Source: a virus
Lineage: Duplodnaviria; Caudoviricetes
Reading direction: 5' to 3' (one strand)
Virus record (IMG/VR): IMGVR_UViG_3300045996_001447
Span: 1-58,770 of that record
DNA: 58,770 nucleotides
Position 1 is the first letter of the stretch; every line of letters begins with the position of its first letter. The notes under the pieces are model-generated. The model did not search any database, was not told the DNA's origin, and saw nothing but the letters and a program-made list of their open reading frames with translations. Shown here in pieces: positions 53,167-58,770 of this stretch. Both the position numbers and the translations under genes were made by a program.

Positions 53167-54051
53167 TCAGATCCGGTAGAAACAGCCGTCGAACGAGAAC
53201 CACGACCCGTTGGTCTGGTAGGTCACGGCCTGTTGGAACCGGTGGTAGATCCGGCCGTCGGGGTACACCGCGTAATGCACCGGTCCGAAGATCGACGCAC
53301 CGACGAAGTCCCGGATGCCGGGGGGCTTGACCGCGGGGTCGGCCAGCGGCGTGCCGCCCATGGTGCGCTGCTCACCGGCCGGCACCGTGGTGGGGATCTC
53401 GACCCAGCGCAGGAACCCGGAGAGCTGGACCCAGCCGTCCGGGTTGACCGACCAGCGGCACGGCCGGGTGGCGTCGTTCGGGGAGTACCCGGAGTAGAAC
53501 GCGCCCATCAGGCCGTCCACGGCGGCCGTGCCGACGCTGGCCCGCTTGCGCGCGTCGGAGATCATGGAGTTGACGATGGACCCGGCCCCGGCCGGCACGG
53601 TGACGGTGGACAGGGTGATCGCCGAGGCCGGCTCGGCCGGGACACCGGTTCCGGTGTCGGGCAGCAGCATCGGCAACCAGTCGTAGGTGTTCGCGGCGTA
53701 GGCCGCGTTGGCCGAGCGGTCCCGGAGCTGGGCGACCACGCGGTGGGTGCGCGAGCCCGAGCCCGGGGGTGCCGGCACGGCCAGGGAGTACGCGGTGGTG
53801 TTGGTGACCGCGTACATCCCCTGGTCCGAGGCGTCGTCGCCCTGGATCGCGGCGCGGCCCGCGGCCACCTCCACGGTCATGTTCGCGCCGAGCGCGCGCT
53901 GGGCCACCTTGAGGTGCCCGCCGCGCAGGTCGTAGACCCCTTCCCGGCTGAACATCGCCGAGAGCAGCGTCGCCCGGAAGTCCTGGGCCGAGTACGGGAT
54001 CGCCGTGTCGCCGGAAACCGGCTGGAGCACCGCGGGCTTGAGCAGAGCCAC
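53167..54051 (-). CDS. minor tail protein
   Basis: YSA.D.R, M.V.VA.G.A.I.G, R...VVA, ISD.R motifs. Confidence 0.75.
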   Translation of the reverse strand: MALLKPAVLQPVSGDTAIPYSAQDFRATLLSAMFSREGVYDLRGGHLKVAQRALGANMTVEVAAGRAAIQGDDASDQGMYAVTNTTAYSLAVPAPPGSGSRTHRVVAQLRDRSANAAYAANTYDWLPMLLPDTGTGVPAEPASAITLSTVTVPAGAGSIVNSMISDARKRASVGTAAVDGLMGAFYSGYSPNDATRPCRWSVNPDGWVQLSGFLRWVEIPTTVPAGEQRTMGGTPLADPAVKPPGIRDFVGASIFGPVHYAVYPDGRIYHRFQQAVTYQTNGSWFSFDGCFYRI

Positions 54052-54061
54052 TAGATCATCC

Positions 54062-54934
54062 TCACTGGTCAACCCAGGCGGGGCGGTAGGTGGTCACGGA
54101 ACCGGAGCCGGCGTCCACCTCGGACGTCGGGTGATAGCGCACGACGCTCTGACCGGGCGGGATCTGCCACCAGGTGGACACCGTGTAGTCCAGGAAGTGA
54201 GCCCGGGTGGCGGCCGGGTCGGACAGGTAGTAGGCCGTGTGGTTGGCCGTGTCGATCTCGACGTACTCACCGAGGCCGATCACCAGGTCCGTGGTGAACG
54301 CCAGCGTTTCGCCGGTGGTGTCGTTGGTGTAGCGCGGCCCGCGGCACGGGCCGTAGAGCCGGGCCACCTGGTCGGCCGGCTCGGTGCCCGGGTTGGTGTG
54401 CAACACCCGGCCGCGCGGCTGGGCCGCGGGGAACGAGATCGGGAACTCGATCGGGAACGTGATCCCGGCCGGGTCCTCGGTCTCGGCGTTCAGCTCGAAC
54501 GTGACCGGGTCGGTGGCCTGCCAGGCGCCGGTCGGGCAGGCCCACTGGAACTGGAGCGGGCGCCGGATGTGCGCCATGTGGTCGATGTCGCCCGGGGTGA
54601 AGTTGTCCCGGCGCAGTAGCAGGAACCGTTCCCCGTCGTAGATGTCGGGGTCGGTGATCCCGAGCATCGGGCGCAGCGCCGGAGACAGGTAGGTGGTGAT
54701 CTCCCGCAGCAGGCTCGGCGACCAGACGGTGGCCACCATCTCGACCACCCGCCCGCTGTAGTACCGGGTGGTGTCGTACTGGCCGTGGGCTCCGGTGCGG
54801 TCCTCGGCCACCGTGCGTACGGTCGGCGACCCCGGGTTGATCTTGTGGACCAGGATGTCGTCGCGGGTGTTGTCCCGTCCACCCAGGACCAGTTCCCGGG
54901 CACCGTCGAACAGCCGGATTTTGGTGACGGTCAC
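54062..54934 (-). CDS. distal tail protein (Dit)
   Basis: first gene after tape measure; N.G...GP...P..N, WW...PG.S. Confidence 0.75.
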   Translation of the reverse strand: MTVTKIRLFDGARELVLGGRDNTRDDILVHKINPGSPTVRTVAEDRTGAHGQYDTTRYYSGRVVEMVATVWSPSLLREITTYLSPALRPMLGITDPDIYDGERFLLLRRDNFTPGDIDHMAHIRRPLQFQWACPTGAWQATDPVTFELNAETEDPAGITFPIEFPISFPAAQPRGRVLHTNPGTEPADQVARLYGPCRGPRYTNDTTGETLAFTTDLVIGLGEYVEIDTANHTAYYLSDPAATRAHFLDYTVSTWWQIPPGQSVVRYHPTSEVDAGSGSVTTYRPAWVDQ

Positions 54935-57900
54935 AGCGTCGTGCTCCGTTCCCGCCAGTCGAGCTGGTTGTAGAGGCTGTCCACGTCCATCGGGTCGTTC
55001 ACGTCGCCGTGCACGTGCAGATGCACCTCACGCCCGCCGGGGACCCCGGCGCCGGCCATGAGCGCCACCTGGCGGGGATCCAGGTTGCGAGTTGGGACCA
55101 GCCGGCCGTCGTCGATCATCTTCCGGTAGGCGGACAGGGTGTCGTAGTCCCCGGTCTGCTCGGGGTCCAGGACGCGCTCGTCCCGGATCACGTCCTTGAA
55201 CATGATTCCCTTGCCCCGCGCCACCCCGCCGTTGTCGAACGGGTCGGCCGGGCGCACGAACCCACCACCGGCGTAGTAGTTGCGCGCGTTGTGGAACGCC
55301 AGAGCCGCGGTCGGCGTGCCGTAGCGGCCGCGGATGTAGTCCAGGCCCCAGGCAGCCTGCCCGGCCGGTGTCGGCTCCACCGGGCCATGTGCAGACGTCA
55401 TCTTCTGGAAGAGGCCTCTGGCATTTGATGTTGGGTTCGCTGCGTTCGGGTTCCAGCTCGACTCTTTTTGGATCAGCCGGACGATGGCGTCCCATTCGGC
55501 GCCCTCGGACCAGCCGAACTGGGCGGCCACCTGGCGGACCTGGTCCACCACCGGTCCGGAGATCCCGGAGACGTCGATCCCCGAGCCCGAGCTGGTGTCC
55601 TTGCTGAACAGGAAGTCCAGGATCTTGTCCCGCCACATCGTGGCCATGTCCACCGGGACCTTGCGCCACAACGGCGGGGGCTCGCCGAGCATCGCCCGCA
55701 GGCCGTCCAGCGCGGGGTTGGTCAGTTCCTCGAAGATGCCGCGGATGAACGAGGCCAGGCCACCGCCGCTCCCGTTGCCACCGGAAACGAACTGGCCGCC
55801 GACGACCGGGAGGTGCCACTGCTGGGTGAAGTACCCGTTATCGGCACCCCACCGGCTCGGGAACGAGAACGGCGTCCCATTAGGACCGTGCTGCTCGACG
55901 TTCTGGCCGGCCAGAGTGCCGGCCATGTGGTCTGCCGGCTTGTTGCCGACCGCCCAGGCGCTGTTGAGCCCCGGCGCGAACCCGCCCCACGGCATGGACG
56001 CCGTGGTGCCGATCCGGCCCGAGTCCGGCGGCCGGCCGGACAGGATGTGGGTGACCGCCGAGACCATGGACGAGCAGTCCATGCCGGCGCGCGGGTTGGT
56101 CCCTCCACCGTAGACATACGGGGCGCCGCGGGCCGGGCCGGACAGCCACCGCTTGGCCTCGTCGATCCGGACTTCCACCGGGCCACCGGCAGCGCGGCGC
56201 GGGATGTTGCGGTCGAAACCGGACTTCCCGTGGAACGCCTTGGGCGCGACCCGGCGCAGCCCCCCGGCGGCCTGCAGCGCCTCACCGTTGCCGGCGTTGA
56301 GCGCCTGCAGGAACGGTGCCGTTCGCTTGGCGATCGACTCCCGAACCACGAACTCCCGGTTCGACACCCAGGAGGTCGGGATCTTGCGCCGGGCGTCGAT
56401 CCCCAGGATGGAGTCCGAGGTGCCGGTCCCCGGGCCGCGCAGCATCCCGCCACCCGCACGCTTGGTGCCGCCGTGCCGGCCGATCGGGCCACCCTCGGCG
56501 TTCTCCGGGATGGGCCGCAGTGGTCCGATCGGGTCGACGCCGGGCAACAGGTCGGCCACCTTGTTCCAGGCCGGGACGATGCCCTCGTTCCACACCGTGT
56601 TGATCATGAAGTTGATTGGTTTCGCGAGGAAACCACGGATGCGGGCCCAGATCTCACCGATCCAGTTGGTGACCTGGTCGAACTTCTCGCCCACCCACTG
56701 CAGGCCGCCGACGATCGCGTCCCAGCAGGGCTTGAGCACGTTCAGCCAGACCCAGTTGATCCCGGCCATCAGCAGCGCCCAGCGCTGCTCGATCCCGGCC
56801 AGGATCGGCAGCCAGACGTTGTTGTAGAGCCAGGTCAGCCCCGCGATGATCGCGTCCCAGCAGGGCTTGAGCACGTTCAGCCAGACCCAGTTCAGCGCCG
56901 CCATCAGCAGCGCCCAGCGCTGCTCGATCCCGGCCAAGATCGGGAGCCAGACGTTCACATAAAGCCAGGTCAGCGCCATGATGATCGCGTCCCAGCAGGG
57001 CTTGAGCACGTTCACCCAGACCCAGTTGATCCCGATCATCAGCAGTGACCAGGCCGCGCCGATGGCCGCAAAGATCGGCTGGAACACGTTGACCCAGAGC
57101 CAGGTCAGCGCCGCGGTGATCAAGTTGAAAGCGACGATGAACGGCGCGACGAGCACGACGAAGATCACCGCGCCGAGGAACTGCAGCGCCTGCCAGATGA
57201 AGTTCAGCACCGGCGAAATCACGGTGTTCCAGGCCCACGAGATCGCCGCGGAGATCGCATTCCAGGCCGGCACGATCGCGGTCTGCCAGAGCCAGATCGC
57301 GGCCGCGCCGATCCACTGGAAGATCGGGACCAGGAAGTTGAGCGCCGGCACCACCACGTTGGTGATCACCCAGGCGATGGCCTGGCTCAGCACGCCGGCC
57401 AGGCCCACCAGGATCGGGATCAGAAACTGGATGGCCGGGATGAGCACGTTCGTGATCGCCCAGCTCAGCACCGAGGTGTAGAGGTTAGCCAGGAAAACGA
57501 TCACCGGGATGAGCACGTTCTGGATGATCATCACCAGGGGCGGCAGCACCGCCCCGATGAGCTGACCGAGCGCGCCGATCACTGGCCCGAGCACGGCCAC
57601 CAGGATCTGGCCGAACGCCTGGCCCAGCAGGGCGATCACCGGGACCAGCGCGCCGACCAGTTGCATCAGCGGCGGGAGGATCGCGCCGGCCAGTTGCATC
57701 AGGACGCCGGCCACCAAGTTGATCACCGGGACGAGCGCGGCCGCGAGCTGGCCGACGAGCTGGCCGACGATCCCGCCGAGCATCCCGAGCACCTGGCCCA
57801 GCACGGTGAAGATCGGCATCACCGAGCTGACGATCTGGCCGATCAGCGTCATCAGGACGCCCAGCAAGCCGTTGATCGCGTTCCGGAACGGCTCGGAGGA

Positions 57901-58770
57901 CTGGTACAGGATCCCGAACGCCACGATCAGGATCCCGATCGGGCCCAGCGCCATCAGGATGGCCCGGCCGATGAACATGATCACGTTGCGGAACAGGGCC
58001 ATGTAGCCGCCCGCGGCGCCGGCCGCCAGCCCGAGCGCGGAGAACGGGCGCAGCAGCGCGAACACGATCTGGGCCAGCTTGGACCCCTGCAGCCCGACCG
58101 CAGCGAACACCGCGCCCAGGGCCCCGATGAGCATGGACCGCAGCGCCCAGGTGGCGATCAGGCCGAGCACGAACCCGAGCGGGCGCAGGGCGCCCAGCAG
58201 CGTGATGACCGCGCCGACCACGCCCATCACGAGCGCCGGGTTCTGCGACATCCAGGTGGCCAGCATGACCAAGAACGGGGTGGCCATCTGGATCGCCCCG
58301 ACCAGGCCGGTGGCGATGCTCTGAGCGAACTGGACCAGGAACGGCGTCAGCGCCACCAGGATCGGCGTGAGCGCCTGCAGGGCCGCGCCGAGGACCTGGG
58401 ACAGCGCCACGCCCATCGCGTTGAGAATCGGCGACAGGGCCAGCAGCAACGGCCCGAGGAACCCGAGCGCGCCGATGAACGCCTGGGCGGCCGGCACCAT
58501 CCCGATCAGCGCCTGGGCCAGCGGGCCGGCCAGTCCGGCGATCAGAACGGAGAGCATGTCGAGCACGCCGAGCCCGACGCTGGCGAACGGCAGGAACGCC
58601 CGGATCAGCTCGGCGCCGGCCCAGGCCAGGGTCATCAGGGACTGGAACAGCCGCGGGATCACCGTGCCCGCGGCGTTGCCCAGCATGGCAAAGAACCCGG
58701 CCCAGTACGGGTTGGCCAGCGTGGTGAGCACGAACTGGAGCCCGGCGCCCATGCCGGCCGCGAGCTGACC
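54931..58770 (-). CDS. tape measure protein with C-terminal NlpC/P60 and lytic transglycosylase domains (5' partial)
   Basis: amphipathic repeats incl. 45-aa/135-bp units; GPGTGTSDSI; PYVYGG...DCS; ESSWNP.A...GLFQ...YI..RYG; frame open to window edge. Confidence 0.95.
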   Translation of the reverse strand, partial: GQLAAGMGAGLQFVLTTLANPYWAGFFAMLGNAAGTVIPRLFQSLMTLAWAGAELIRAFLPFASVGLGVLDMLSVLIAGLAGPLAQALIGMVPAAQAFIGALGFLGPLLLALSPILNAMGVALSQVLGAALQALTPILVALTPFLVQFAQSIATGLVGAIQMATPFLVMLATWMSQNPALVMGVVGAVITLLGALRPLGFVLGLIATWALRSMLIGALGAVFAAVGLQGSKLAQIVFALLRPFSALGLAAGAAGGYMALFRNVIMFIGRAILMALGPIGILIVAFGILYQSSEPFRNAINGLLGVLMTLIGQIVSSVMPIFTVLGQVLGMLGGIVGQLVGQLAAALVPVINLVAGVLMQLAGAILPPLMQLVGALVPVIALLGQAFGQILVAVLGPVIGALGQLIGAVLPPLVMIIQNVLIPVIVFLANLYTSVLSWAITNVLIPAIQFLIPILVGLAGVLSQAIAWVITNVVVPALNFLVPIFQWIGAAAIWLWQTAIVPAWNAISAAISWAWNTVISPVLNFIWQALQFLGAVIFVVLVAPFIVAFNLITAALTWLWVNVFQPIFAAIGAAWSLLMIGINWVWVNVLKPCWDAIIMALTWLYVNVWLPILAGIEQRWALLMAALNWVWLNVLKPCWDAIIAGLTWLYNNVWLPILAGIEQRWALLMAGINWVWLNVLKPCWDAIVGGLQWVGEKFDQVTNWIGEIWARIRGFLAKPINFMINTVWNEGIVPAWNKVADLLPGVDPIGPLRPIPENAEGGPIGRHGGTKRAGGGMLRGPGTGTSDSILGIDARRKIPTSWVSNREFVVRESIAKRTAPFLQALNAGNGEALQAAGGLRRVAPKAFHGKSGFDRNIPRRAAGGPVEVRIDEAKRWLSGPARGAPYVYGGGTNPRAGMDCSSMVSAVTHILSGRPPDSGRIGTTASMPWGGFAPGLNSAWAVGNKPADHMAGTLAGQNVEQHGPNGTPFSFPSRWGADNGYFTQQWHLPVVGGQFVSGGNGSGGGLASFIRGIFEELTNPALDGLRAMLGEPPPLWRKVPVDMATMWRDKILDFLFSKDTSSGSGIDVSGISGPVVDQVRQVAAQFGWSEGAEWDAIVRLIQKESSWNPNAANPTSNARGLFQKMTSAHGPVEPTPAGQAAWGLDYIRGRYGTPTAALAFHNARNYYAGGGFVRPADPFDNGGVARGKGIMFKDVIRDERVLDPEQTGDYDTLSAYRKMIDDGRLVPTRNLDPRQVALMAGAGVPGGREVHLHVHGDVNDPMDVDSLYNQLDWRERSTTL

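Noticed and set aside
56700-57050. 135-bp tandem repeats in the tape measure gene
   Set aside because: Ordinary tape-measure length repeats.
1-58770. Reverse transcriptase systems (DGR, retron) or base-modification clusters
   Set aside because: No RT motif-bearing ORF, template/variable repeat pair or nucleotide-modification enzymes recognised.

Overview
High-GC siphovirus-type actinobacteriophage genome, nearly complete and circularly permuted: the window starts inside a head-to-tail adaptor and ends inside the tape measure gene. The minus strand 16.5 kb->1 carries an Xis-like HTH, a 1470-aa primase-SF3 helicase-family A polymerase fusion, a putative late regulator, small basic peptides, an AT-rich repeat array, HNH, TerS, TerL, a second HNH, portal, MuF-like protein, scaffold, decoration protein and capsid. 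The minus strand 58.8->43.8 kb carries tape measure, Dit, minor tail, membrane and GH19 lysin genes. The plus strand 16.7-43.8 kb is an early/middle arm: SF2 helicase, DNA methyltransferase, NUMOD4-HNH, SSB-like, Cas4-like nuclease, tRNA-like RNA, WhiB, DUF6011, RusA-like and about 50 small ORFs. No integrase or clear repressor is visible. Most striking: (1) a second, unrelated, motif-complete terminase large subunit with a TerS-like HTH gene in the early arm; (2) the single-polypeptide replisome with an iteron array in its linker; (3) repeated promoter+MTTQTA cassettes heading unrelated small genes, plus a stoperator-like CGACACCGAGCAC motif; (4) a tRNA-like RNA with a collapsed anticodon stem; (5) AT-biased codon patches at conserved catalytic motifs. 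Family assignments come from motif recognition by eye, not database searches.
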